Assembly: GCF_009914755.1 (NCBI RefSeq)
Contig: NC_060926.1
DNA length: 64,000 nt
Origin: the human T2T-CHM13v2.0 reference genome, Homo sapiens
Reading direction: 5' to 3' (one strand)
How positions within the stretch are numbered: position 1 is the stretch's first letter; every line of letters starts with the position of its first letter. Positions 37,321-53,560 of this stretch are shown here, piece by piece. The notes under the pieces were generated by a model. That model made no database searches. It worked only from the letters and a program-made list of their open reading frames with translations, and had not been told where the DNA came from. Position numbers and translations under genes: made by a program.

Positions 37321-40300
37321 CACCTCTCCCTCATCAAGGACTCTCTCATTCATGATTCTATCAGATATGAGATCCCAAATGATTTATTTGATTCCTTGGA
37401 ACCAAAACATCTAAAGCAAATTATTGTCTTTAATGTCTATATACTTTAACCAATAATCATTATTAAGTCCATACTATGAGGCCTATATAATTCTTGTGGT
37501 TGCAGGTGCAGACATGAGCTTGAATCTCCTTTGGTGAGGAAGAGATATTTATAAAAATTAGAAAGTGTTCTAATTTCAAAAAAAGAGGCAACTGGAATTT
37601 GGCCATTAGAAGAAGAAACGAAGAACCATAACATAATCAGACACAAAGCGAGTTATCCCTGTTTCTTGCTTTCTCACTCTCTGGGTTCATATTTCTCTCA
37701 CCCCTGCTTCCTTTTGTGGCTCAGTTTTTTTCGTATGTTTTCCTGCACACCAAATGTCTTTAAGTTATTCATGGCAGCCAAGTGACAGACACTTAAGACT
37801 GTTTTGGATTCAGAGCCTGTATCTTCTCATATCTCTGGTCAACAACTCCATATTCTCTGGAGACAAATTCCAACTGGCAGTTCTGGCTGAATGTCCACCT
37901 GGTGCAATCAACTGTGGCAGGTGGCAAGGTCATGGGACTGACCACTCATTCAGAAAATAAGAAGGTCTAAGGTTCTAAGGATGTTATCTGTGCAGGTGGG
38001 ACTGAATTGGTTTCTTGCCACTAATAAATATTCTTAAGAAGGGAAAATATATTATTCAGAGAAAAGGAACTTAAAAATTAGCAAAGGCTGATTTAAATAA
38101 AATCAACCACGTAATATCTAACTTCATGTAAATTTTTGCACATCAAACTTCTTATTAAAATGCAGTGACAAAAAGGGTAATATTTATGAGAAATGAAGAA
38201 ACTGTTCTGTGAAGCCAAGAATTCCAGGGCAAAGACTTTTGGTATTTTGATAAAATGTTATAATTGTACAAAACCTTCTTTTGACATGTTGTAAACTATA
38301 TTTTTTTGTTAGCTCATTTGCTTCAATCACCTGGCTTATATGGAGAAGGACACAAAACAACATTTGGCGTCACTCAACTCCAGTGATAAAAGTTATTCCC
38401 CAAACCCCAGCTGAATGGATTCTATTGGTCTGAAGGATGGACAGATGAGACTCTATGTGTGTATTTTAATGTATGTTTGTGTAACCATATTGGAGAAAGG
38501 ATTTATGGTAGCTAGTTTAATACTGAATAAATAATATTGAACTACTAGAAAAGTTTTCATACAGCAAGCCCTACTGAAAGTGGATAAAGGGTACCACTCT
38601 ACATTATACAAGATATCAATAGTATTATCTGGAATTTAGATCTAGGAAAAAAGTTGTGACATCCAAGGACAAAGAGTAAGTGAGATAGAAGTAGAAAGAT
38701 GATTTAGATTCTTGAAACCAGCTAATTATGCATAGGGACAATAAAATTTAAAATATGGCAACCAATGGACAGAGGAGAGATTAAATTAAAAAATTAATTC
38801 TTAGGCTGTGTGTTGATATGAAGAATTAATAATATATGAGTTTCATGGCTAAAAATTACTCTTTTTCTTGAACCAAATTACCTTTAGTTAAGTTCAGGTA
38901 AACCAATACTTACTGAATGCCCGCCATATTTGAGATTCTATGCTAAGTTTTGAGGACAAAGAATGAACAAAAGTTACAATGCCATTTTTTCTATATTTTA
39001 ACAGATAATGCACAGGAAGACATGAATACATGGAACTACTAATTCAGCATTACTTTCAGAAATGATAGAAGCATGTAACAGGGCAAAAAAATGTGAAGAA
39101 AGTGTTTATGCTGCCAGTATTGTAATCACAGTGTATTCAAGGAACTCCACTGATGTTTTATAGAATCCAGATTTATGAAGCCTGGAGATTCACCATAAAC
39201 CTTAGCATCAACTTGCTGAAGTGAATAGAAATGACAACAGATTTCTCCTCAATAGCAGTCAAAGCTTTAAGTCAAATGACTAAGATGTCAAGTATTAAAT
39301 TGACAATCAGTGAATGTATAAAATCATTTCCTTTCTGTTTATACAGCAGAGCCTTCCAATGCATTTGAAATCAAGCATGGTAGACAATTACCTACTTCAT
39401 GCCTAATATCTGGAATGAGTCCCCTTTCAACTTGTCCCCTTTTGGGACCCCTCTTTGTGACAGTTCTTAAACAATGTTTCTGACCTTCTTGCCTCTATTC
39501 TTCATTCTATAGCCCCAATTTACTCTTGCCTGCAACTTCACATGTACTTGTGACCTCCTGCCCTAGTTATATTAAAAGCTGTCCCTCAATTGTCTACTCT
39601 GACTTGGCATCCATTTTGTTCCTGTTATTTTGTCCTGATGACTCTAGCTCTCCTTAAAATTTTTCATAAAACTCACATCTCTCTGCATTATTATCTCTGA
39701 ATAATGCACATAATTCATGCCTTAGTTACCTGGCCCAGCTTCTCTCTTTTGCTGCTTGCAGCATGCTATAAAAATGATAGTTCTCTTGTATTGCTCAAAA
39801 TCTGACTTATAATTTGTTGTTTGCATCAAGAATTTGCAATCTCTACTGTCTTTATTTCCACAGTATCTGCAGATTCTATCACACCCACTCCCCTGATTTT
39901 CCCAGTGCCAGTGTGAAGCACTTTGACTGTATCTGTGATTGGAAGATAGACATGAAATATGTTCAGAAAATACTTCCAATAGTATTGTACTTGAATTGTT
40001 TGATACAGGATGGAAACCACAGCATGGGTTATCTCTTCTGACTGCAACATTATCTTCTGTACTTAGATATTTGACTTTTAACAAGCTCCACTAAGAATAC
40101 AGGTATTATTTAGGAGAATAATTTCTTAAGAATTTTTTGACACAACCTCAATTCTAAGTATATACATTAGTGATGTTGTATTGATATCTCCATTGAGAAC
40201 ACATGTAGAATACAGGAGAGTGACAAGTAGAAGGGGAGGCAAAGTCAAAAGGAAGTGAGTGGAAGGATTTTAACGATGCCGCATACACTAAGTACAAGAC

Positions 40301-41061
40301 TGACAATTACAAGATTTCTGTACTACTAGTCTTAGATGTTCCTCTGACTCTAACTGGCAAACCATATTTTCAAGAGTTTCTCCTGGAAATAGAGAAACTT
40401 GAAGGTGCCTTCAAGTACCATGTGCAAATTTTGTCATGACTATTGGAAATTCATTCTTTGTTTTAGATTACATTTTATTGAAAATGCAAACATTTGTATT
40501 GCTTTAAAAACTACATTAAAATAATACTGGAAATTTATGGATTACAAAATAGAAAAAAGTAAGATATAGACCATCTAAAATATTATAAACATGTTTGGGA
40601 TCTGGGGATTACTTGTATTTAAATATCCTTAAATGTTGGATATTAGTAAGTAACATACAGTGCAACCAGAACTGGCAAGTGTATACATTAGTGGCATTTG
40701 TTAATACCCTCAGTTCTTATATTTCTTATTCTCCAAATTTTTAGACATATCCTCTCTTGAAAGTTTTTATTCACTCAGTACTCTCAAATTCTGAACTTCC
40801 TCCCTTCTATCCAAGGATTTACAAATTATTTATATGAAGGCATCACTACATTATGGAAATTGAATTTCTGACTCCTACCAGGAATATTTTCCTTTAAGCA
40901 GGGTCACAGCTCTGAGCCAAATGATGGAGGTGTTAAATGTGGAATACCGAGAACCAGCCCACAGATAAAAGAGTTTTTCTTAAACAGAAGAACATTTCAA
41001 TGCATCCGAAATCAAGTATGGTAGACAATTAAATACTTCATGCCAGGACAATGCTATTCTT

Positions 41062-42150
<1,089 letters not shown>

Positions 42151-44240
42151 GACAATTCTATTCTTAAATTCATTATTTGCTGTCTTATATTTCAGAGAAA
42201 TTTATATATGAGTTACATTTACATAGAATTTTCTTACACTTTGTATTTTTCACATCAGGACTGCAAAGACATTTTAAATTAAGATAAAACAAAATTCACA
42301 AAAATGAAGTAAATTGAATCTCATTTCATCTGTAGTATTTGATGCCTGAGACATATTAGAATAATCATTTTTTACTTAAATGAATTTGTTTTATTTACAC
42401 TGTTCTAAAGGAAAGGGAAGAAACATTACTTTAAACACAGAAAACTAGAGTATATTCCACTGCTGAGCTAGAGTGTTGCACTACTTCTTGACCAATGTCA
42501 TCTTTATGACTTTCAAGGTGGTGCAGGCATTTGGGCCTAAGAAACTGGTCTTGCTCAAATGTTGTAATCACTATCCAGAGGCAGAAAGTGATGAAGAATA
42601 ACAGAGCAGTGGTTGTTGACCATTTTAAATACCTTTCTTGTAGATTTATTGGTCTTGGTGTTTATGGCTTGGAAGAATTAATTTTACTGGTGTGCCCTAT
42701 TAATGTTTCCCTTTCTGTTTCTTGTGTATTATTTGTAACACCATGAGATAACAGTTTGCAAAGCAGGGTGTTAAAGAGCATAGAGAACTTAATTTGGCTT
42801 ACCTTTGAGATTTATTACCTTGCAAAAAGAGGCACAGGAGAGAAATTCAAGAACTTCATTATAGTACAAACTGAATGAGACTGAGAGTTGTGCTGTTAGA
42901 ATATAAATTAATTGATTAATATGTAATCTTGTAGTAAATAAATATTATATCTGTTTGTCTCCCTTAAAAATAGATAATTTCTACTTAAGAACTGTGCCTA
43001 CAAATTAAAATGTAGTAAAACAGTGTTCCATCTTTTCATAAATATGAAAAATTTCGCTTCTAATATTTAAAAATCCTTCACTTACAGAGACTGAACAGAA
43101 GTTTTGGCAAGTAGATGAATTAAACATATCAGACTCAGATTGATCTTCCCATCTATTCATAATTTTAACAACCAAAATTATTTCTCACTGTATATAAGGT
43201 ATGAAATTGAGATTCAGTTTTCTAGAAGACTGAATTTAACTATTTTTATTTTTGTTTATATGTGAGTTTGTATAATATATTAAAAATAAATAAATTTGCC
43301 ATTGTCTCCTACTCACAAACTTAGGCATAATTCACAATAATTAAAACTTAGAATGAAATATACAAAGAGCAATACAAGTGAGTTTTAAGCTATTTTTCTA
43401 TTTGATTTAAGCCAGAGCTCTTTGACCACACCTTAACTGGTGCTATTTTAAAGCTTCACTTAAATTTATTGTTTGAAAAATGTGAAGAGTTTTGCTAAAA
43501 TTTTAAATAATTGAAAACAGCAAAGACCATCAAGAAAAATTGTCTATTAATTGACTGCTACTTCAATTAAGGGGTATTAATTTGAAGTGGTTGTATAACA
43601 TGAGTGTGAAAACCATTACTTCTATAAAACATAAAATCTGATTCCTTCGTAAAAAGTCTTACCAGTTGCTTCTTTCTGAGATTTTAAATGTTCATTATTT
43701 AACATCTAGTTCCTTTTTGTATTTTAAAAGTGATCAAGCATTGTAAATACGAAATGAGACTAAAATAAAACACAAACTTGCATGGATTTATAACTTCCAG
43801 CCAAGGTGGAGTGGAGTAACATAACTTATACATCCATGTAACAACAACAGTAGCAACAGCAATAGCATGCAGTAGAGTGAGGAAGGAACTCAGTAGTGTT
43901 TTGGTGAAGTTCGTGAGTTGAGGAGATGGAACTTAGAGGCTGGGGACGCCAAGGTGTTGATATGTCATAAGGCAGAGTTCTGGAGAGACAACAGCTGTGC
44001 AGAGAGAGTACTCTGGAGATTTGCTGAGGGTCCCATGGAAGTGTTCAGCTGAATAGAGACTACCCAGGGCCAGGAAGAGAACCATTCAAAAAGCATAAAC
44101 AATCCAGATATCTCACACAGGGTCTAAAAAAGTTGTGTTTTTCACAATCCAGAAAACCTCATATTTCATGGTACACTGGGTATCGCCTCAGTAGAAAAGA
44201 AAATTAGTGTTATATTATGCTGCTTAAATCCCAGAAAATA

Positions 44241-44552
<312 letters not shown>

Positions 44553-44892
44553 TTAAAGGCAAGCTTTGAATGTACCAAAGTTTCCCACAGAAAAACTCAA
44601 GAGTATATCAGCAGAGTATATAGGCACATATTAAAACATAGACTACACCAAATTAAAATTTACAGTGTCCAGCATCTAGTCAAAAATCACCAGGCATGCC
44701 CAAGAGCAGAAAAATATGATTCATAATGAAGACAATAAAACACACAATGAAACAATTAAACATACCCAGAATTAACACATGAATAGAATTTGTAGATAAG
44801 ATATTAAAATGGTAATTATAACTATATTCCATATGTTCAATACATTGGACAAAAATTTAAGTAAGTTTAGTAGAGAGAAAGAATCTACTTTT

Positions 44893-45226
<334 letters not shown>

Positions 45227-46097
45227 TAGATATAAAATATAAAAATATTTTAGACAATAATTACACTGAAAAAAGACAGCAAATTGAACACAGCAGAAGA
45301 AAAGATTAATGAACTTAAATACAGCAGTAAAACCTATCCAAAATAAAAATCAGAGAAACAAAATGACTTAAACAATGAAAAAGGTATGTAAGAGCTGTAA
45401 GACAAGGTGAGTAACATATGAGCAACTGTATCTCAAAAGAGAGGAAAGCAGTCAGAAAACACATTTGTTTCCAAGTTTTGATGATCATTTTAAACCAACA
45501 AATCGAAGAAACTCACTAAATCCAAATATGAGAAAGTTTACAATGACTACACCAGGATGTATTATAATACAATTGTCTAAAACCAATGCTGTATAGTATG
45601 TACATGGGTACAGTAATAAAAATGATGCCTGACTTCTCATTGGAAATAAGGCAATCCAGAAAACAACATCTTTGAAATACTGAAAGAATAAAAAGTTATC
45701 AACCTAGAATGGTATATCCAGTGAAGGTATCTTTCAAAAATGAAGGAGAAACACTTTTTCAGACATACAAAAACTGAAGGAATATATCAATAGCAGGCTC
45801 ACTATTAAAAAATGTTAAGGGAATGCAATTTTTCTTCTATTAAATTAAAGTTGGGGTTTTCTGCATAAAAGCTGATGTGTTTTTTACTAACACATCAATT
45901 TGATCATTATCAGGTTAAGGAAATGAGTATTACAATGTTTGCTAGTAATGATGATATGTCCAATATTGCTCTGGAGTATTAAGAAATCCTCTATTGGTAT
46001 AGTTCATTGACATCTTGGTCAAGGGGAAAACATTTTAAATAACAATTCCTACTCTAGTCACTCTATTTCAGAGAGATTTTAAGAAGACTGTTGGACA

Positions 46098-46451
<354 letters not shown>

Positions 46452-48125
46452 CTATATTTTAGGGCATGTTAAATATTGTCTCTTTTACAATTTTTTTTTG
46501 TAGTCCTCATGATAGAAAGACTTCCCTTCTCTTTCTACTTCAAAAGCTCTGATCTACAAATTGCTTTCCCATCCTGGTCTCTCTACATTTCTTCATCTCC
46601 AGTTTTATTCTACATTTTGAAATGGAAAAATCATTCTGCAAGTACCTCATTCATCTGTGAGCCTTCCATGGCTGAGAAAATTCTTAAGACTATATAAATA
46701 GCATAAGAGTAAGGAATTATGGAGAAAGCAAACATTAATTATTTGAATATAATTCTTCTCAAGTGATTAACATGAAATGCCAGGCTTGGTTTACAATGCT
46801 AGTTTGGAGGCTCTGAGCTTAGCCTAGATTAAATAGCTAAATGGTCCCTTGGTAGGTCTTTCTTTTATCTTTCTCTGTTATAAATTTATCACTTCTTGGT
46901 ACTCTCTGAAAGCATCAGAAGAATGCAAAAATTATCTATGTTTTAATAAAAATGTTTAATTTTGGTAGCTGTAATTAGGATGTGAATGTAGCCACAAAAA
47001 AAAAATAGATGAGGTGAGTGAAATATTTTTCATATAGTTGGCCAGAATTCGCCTAAGGAAATTATGCTTAATGTAGCTGTAGAAAATTATAGCTAATTCA
47101 TATCATTCACATTTTCATAGGTAATAATCAAGGATTAAGAAAATATAATGAGGTTTTCATCCCTCTTATTAAAAAGTATGATTGTTGAAGATGAAATAAA
47201 TACATAAAATAAAAATCAAAGAACAGGATTTGATTTTCAGAACCCTGGGTTTACTATTCCAGAATTACTTTCTCCTAGAAAAGAAAAGAACATGTTTGAC
47301 AGAAAAACCAATGACTTGATTTTTAAAAGCCTTAAATTTAATGAAAAAAGACACAGAAGGTCACATGGTCATTTTCAAATGTTAACATGTTTCAAATAAA
47401 TACCAAATTTAAAAAGTAAAACATGAGTGTTTCAAAACTAAAATATTTCAATTAAGTATATGTGGTTATATACAGGGCTTTTGATGTGCTCAAATTTTAA
47501 ATGTGCATTTATAAATGATGTAAGAAGTATCACAGAACTATAACAACTATTATAAATTTAAAATATCCTGCAAAAATAGAGTGAAAATCTACAGACCATA
47601 AATTTAAAAAGATGTTAGGAAACAATGAATGCTTTCAGCCTATAGTCAGAACACAGAGAACAAGAAAGAATTACTATTTGGAACAAATGTAGTGAAATTA
47701 TCAGATAAAATAAAGCAAGCAAGCAAGAGAGACACAGAGATAGACAGGCAGAGATAGAGACAGAATACTATTACTTTTTGGTTTTTGCTTCCATAGAAGG
47801 AGATTTGTATGAATTTCTAGTATTAATATAATTGCATTAAAGAATATTGAAAAATTATAGACATTGAAAGTTTGACTGTGATCATCACTGGTGGAAATCT
47901 TTTAGATATAACAGACATCGGGCAGTGTAATAGAAGACTGAATATTGAGATTGAATGCAGACATTATTTAAACAAAAAAAAGGAAAAGGTAGGTTGAAGA
48001 TCTTGAGTCTGGCAGTACATGTGAATAAGTAATTTAAAATTAATTACTATTATGTTCTTTAGAAGTAAATTAATCTCTGAATTTATTGAGAAAATTTCTC
48101 TGAAAAATGTATTTCCTTTATAAAA

Positions 48126-48408
<283 letters not shown>

Positions 48409-48538
48409 TATAGGAATCTTTTAATTGGTTAATAAGTCACTATAAGAGTAAGTAAAAATATGATCGCTGGGTTTCTGTTACAATAAATTAAGTTTACCTC
48501 AATAAAAGTAGTTAACTAGAAGTTTAAGATAAGCCAAA

Positions 48539-48810
48539 ACACTTTGGGAGGCCAAGGTGGGTGGATCACTTGAGGTCAGGAGTTCAAGACCAGCCTGACC
48601 AACATGGTGAAACCCCATCTCTACTAAAAATACAAAAATTAGCCAGGCATGGTGGCGTACCCTTGTAATCCCAGCTACTCGGGAGGCTGAGGCATGAGAA
48701 TAGCTTGAACCCAAGAGGTGGAGGTTGCAGCTGGGCTGAGATCACACCACTGCACTCCAGTCTGGGCAACAGAGGAGACTCCGACTCAAAATAAATAAAT
48801 AAATAAATAA
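48539..48810 (+). mobile_element. AluSx-like, lacking first ~30 nt
   Basis: Starts at 'cactttgggaggcc'; (AAAT)n tail. Confidence 0.95.
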
Positions 48811-48964
48811 TTTTAAAAAGATGAGCTAAGATAAGCTAAGATAATGTGGCTTAAAAAGTAACATAAAGAATTTTCAGTAACTTCTTTGTAGCAGCAGCAG
48901 AGATTCAAATAGAACAGAGATAGCAAGATAAAAACCTCATGGACTACAACTTTACTAGAACCAG

Positions 48965-49910
48965 TTGAAAGGGAATTCCATTTCTAGTAAGGATGCAAAA
49001 AGGTATGGACAACCTTCATTCCTGTAGTAACACAAAGGGAAACCCAGATAAAACACAAAACAGTACTATTCTATGAAATTATTAAAGACCAGTCGATGCA
49101 AGAAAGTCTTCATGAGTTGATTCCCAAAGACAGAAATGACTCATATGCAACCAGCAAGTCTCAGAGCAGTTCTGAGGCAACTTCTGGGTTGGGTCTAGGT
49201 AAAGGATAAAGGCTGCCAAAAAAAAACATAAGAAATTGACATGCTAAGTAAAGGCCAGCTAAGCTACTAGTCAAGATTGGGGCAGGCAGGAATAACTGTA
49301 GTTTTGAAGATGCTCAAATAACAAAATAGTTTGCTTGGCCTAACAATAATCTCTACTGCATCACCACCATCACCTGTTTTGCTGAGAATAGTGCCACAAA
49401 AGTAGGGCTGAAAAGCCAGACAAGGAAACAACACAAATTAAATCAAAAAATCAATCTAATGTCAATCAGTCAACTATTACAGTCCCTGAGAAGTAACAAA
49501 ACATGACAGAATATATTTAAGTAAATAATAGTTAAAGATTTTCCAAATTTCATGAAAGACATACATCTACAATATTAAGATTTTTAGGAAATCTCAAAAA
49601 GAATAGAGCAAGAAAATCACACATAAATATATCACAGTCATACTGCTGAAAATTCACTATAAATCCTAAAAACATCCACAGGAAAAACATTATGTACAAG
49701 GAAACAAAGTAAATAACTTCTCATTAGGGACAAGGCATGCCAGAAATTATGACATTTTTAAAGTGGTTAAAAAGCAAAAAACACTACCCACTGCTACTGC
49801 CCCAACCCCAACAGCAACAAAGCAACTATAAACTTAGAATTTTATATCCAGCAAAAAACATCTTTTAAAAGGGAAGGTAAAATAAAGACATTTTCAGATA
49901 GATGGCGTCC
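48965..49910 (+). mobile_element. Old L1M 5'/ORF1 remnant
   Basis: 'ttttccaaatttcatgaaagacata' and 'agaattttatatccagcaaaa...aaataaagacattttcagata'. Confidence 0.7.
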
Positions 49911-51199
49911 AAGAGAACCTGTGGTCAAAGCAAAGTGCCAGTATTTTAGGAATAGTATAGAGAGGGATCCTGCCTTAAGTAGATATCCATTCGTATGAAA
50001 GAAAAGACCCCTTCAAATTCTAAAAGTCTATTATATTACCTGATTTTTAATTGGAATATTCACAATTTCAGTTCCCTGATTTTCTCTTTCCCTTCAGTCC
50101 AAAACACATTTGCATCTTTTAGAAGTTATCTTTACTTATCATATTTATCATATTTTATTGTATTCATAATTGCTTCAGGAATTAAGGTACTTTACAAATA
50201 CTAAGTGAAATCTTCATAATCTGAAATCTAAAGGGGGTCTTAAACTTCATTAAAAATTTTAAGCTCCATTAAACTTAGTTAAGCTTCATTAAATAAGGGT
50301 TATCGTCTTTAGTCTTCTTAAATAAAGCTGAGAACAACTAAACCTTTGAAAATTCTTTTTAATGCTTCTATGCTCAAAAGACTACATAAGACTGGTTAAG
50401 CATCAAAAGTTAATTAACCCAGGATCATTTAACATCTTTTCTTCCTGGTTGATAGAACACCTACATTGTTAAAGTAATATGAATCCCATTAAATAGTTTT
50501 AAATATTGTTAAAATGATTATTAATCCAATTAATCACCATAATGACAGTAAACACAGTACATATTATTCAACTTTCAGAAAGAAAAATTGTTTAGTTTGG
50601 ATAAAATATACTAAGCTTATGAGTAACTAACATTAATATTTATCTCCCTTTAATATTATTAACTACTCCTTATTTTGAAGTGAAGATACTGAATCAGTGA
50701 AATTGTAAGCCTTTATCTGAATTGCATTTTGCCTACTAACCTATACATTCAATATCATAAAGAATCATTTAAAATCTGCACTTTGCATGATTCAGATTTT
50801 ATATCTATACTTATATCTATCAATTCGTCAACAAATGAATAAAGAATGAATAGATAAAACTGTCAAATAAGGTAGTTCTGTATATGCAATTACCAAAGAA
50901 AAGAAAATGCATAGCAAAGGGCACTTGAAGTAGCCCACAGTTATTTTTCTGAATCAATATCTGGTACTTGGTGGGGCCATTAGGCTATTGATTCATCTTG
51001 ATACCACATGAATTAATATTTAAGAATATCTACACACTCTTCAGACAGTTGAATTTTCTCGATGGTTTTTTTTTTTACCTATTTTCTTTCAAATAAAGAA
51101 ATGCATTAAAATCAGAACAAGGTGTCATAAAAGGGAAATATTTTTAAAATGATAAAAATCACATGTATTTACTCTTTTAACAAATATTTTCATTTAATC

Positions 51200-53560
51200 A
51201 AGGCTGCTGCTCAGTTCAACTTTATCAGTTATTAGGTTAATGCCCAGGTTGTGAAGGACACATGACTTGAATTAGTCACTTAGGGCCCATAGCCAGTCTC
51301 TACCAAGATGCTATAGCAATCTAAGAGCTGTGAAGAAAAGAGCATGTCCTTAGTTCAAGTCCCTACATTTTGATACCATCATAACTTGCCAGATGCTCCA
51401 TATAACATCTCTGCCTCTGCCACTTTCATTGCTATTGGGTGTGCCACTTTCACTGCTATTGGGTGTAGCACTAAAGCCTGAATGGCACAGCAACTTATAC
51501 TGTAGGCTTTGTCTGCTGTAAAGTCCTTGGTTTACCTAGACCACATGCTAAACTGACTGGTAAATGGGTCAAGTCCAAATACAGTATTTGTTTTCTCCAG
51601 TTATCCTAAAAACCCAAACATTATGCTTCGTTGCACATAGAGTATGGTATAAATTGCTTCTCACATTCGAAGAGATATTGCAACATACCACTTTTTCCTA
51701 GAAACTGCACAGATGTGGCAGTCTACTTAACTTTTACAAGATTTACCTCACATTTTCTTGCATGCTTTTACTTCACTAAGGCAGCTAGAGAGCTTGCCAC
51801 ATCATGATGCTGGTCAAATTAGCCTAATGTCATCAGTACAGTGAATTAGCCTTATATTTAGAAGAATACAGGACAATCAAAGTCCCTCTGGATTTCATGA
51901 TGACCAGGACCAGAAAAGTCGACACATCCTCAGGTAGGACAGCCAAGGCATTCTGCTGTTTCTGAGTGTGAGGATATCTGTTGATAGGAATACTAAAGAA
52001 AGCAACATAGGTGTGTTGGAATATATTTTTCCCACTAAAAACTCTATTTCTCCACCTCAGCTGTGATTGGTAAAATCTCCCGATCAGGTTTGCAATAATA
52101 TATACAAGTATTCATTTTGCAAGGCCTACTTGGATATTGTATCAGCTGAAAATGTAAATGAATGGGGGGCTCCAGTAAGAATTATCACCCTTGAATTTTC
52201 CAAGTGTTTGATAAAGGCGTTGATCTCTACCAATTTCCTGGAACAGAGTATTATCTTTTTGTTTATTATCATGTTTGCAGGTGTGTCATAATGGCTTCCA
52301 CTTAACACAATGATTTCATAATGACCTTCGCTTCACTGAAACTAACATACAGATTTTTCCATTTACTAAGTATATATCCTAGGACCAAGGAAAGAACCAC
52401 AGTATGTGGTTAGGATTCCATTGGATGACCTGTGAGATGAAATCAGATCATATATCCATCTTTTTACTGACCTCCAATCCCACTCATTCTGACTAGTGGA
52501 TTCTAGTGGGCTTTGGGGTCTCTAAGAATTAGCTTCAATTCAGAGGCAAACTATAATAATTCCTGGAGGGTCTGAGTATTTTCCTGTTCCCAGGCATGCT
52601 CACCTTACCTTACCAATGTAAGGTAATCTTACCAAGGTCTCCTTACATTACGAACATTACATTTACATTACCAAGTTCCTGTAACTCTTTTAGGCAATGG
52701 TTATCTCTTCCCACACTGGATCTTTCACTTCTCTATTTGGCTATTTTTGGATAAAAATCTCATTATTGGCCACACAAAATTTTGATGTTGGGGTTTTATG
52801 AGAATCAGGCATCCATTGGAGCAACTGCCAAAGTCAAAGGTTTTTAGGAGGATTAGGCGGGTTCTCTTGGTTAAGGAGGAGACAGTTCTGTAAAGACAGA
52901 GGTTTAGGGTAATTTGGAGATTTGAAGTCCTTGGTCTTTTCTGTTTTTACCCAAATGATCCTGTATCTCAGTTTCCAACTTCTTCAAATCATACATTAGT
53001 GTAAATGAGGAGAGACATGATGGAATTCTGCCTTTAATTGACACTATAACTTTATAGCTTTTCAAATCACACTCAGCTTCATCTATTTTGAGGCTGTAGA
53101 AGACAAGAAGCCTTTTAGAGCTCCATAGAGGTTTTCTAGTTCTTTTCCTTTTTCCCCATGTTCTGAGATGGTCATTGAAAAAATTTCACTTCTCATTTTC
53201 TGTGGGTATCATCTAAGGTTTTCAGAAGCAGCTATCCCACACCAAAATCTTTGTAATCCTTACAGTGACATAATCACTAATGCAACTGCATATTGATATG
53301 CAAATATCAAGGCAAAATAGCAAAAACATATAGCATTTTTCTCAATTTATGTAATAGTTCAATCTTTTAGGAAAACTGTTTTTATAAATTGGAAGGATCA
53401 ATTGGAGCCTCAGAAATCTAGCAAAATCAAGTATGCTCATATAGCAATGGTCTTTCTATTCTTAGAGCTAATCCTGTGCTAAAATTGTCCTCACTAATTA
53501 AACTTAAGTCTAAATGAGAGCTTAACTCAATCAGGAGGGCTGATTCTTAAGTCAATCAGA
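51200..53560 (-). mobile_element. ERVL-class internal (gag-pol) remnant
   Basis: The reverse strand near 51770-51850 translates LIHCTDDIRLI...VASSLAALVK, a decayed ERVL RT motif (LVHYIDDIML..VASTLDALV). Boundaries approximate. Confidence 0.75.

Noticed and set aside
39814-40041. HFDCICDW resembling an LRR C-terminal cap
   Set aside because: No LRR repeats nearby; the C1 interpretation explains more of the exon.
42430-42782. Minus-strand near-open frame with a hydrophobic stretch
   Set aside because: Internal stop, no splice support, antisense to the TM-like exon.
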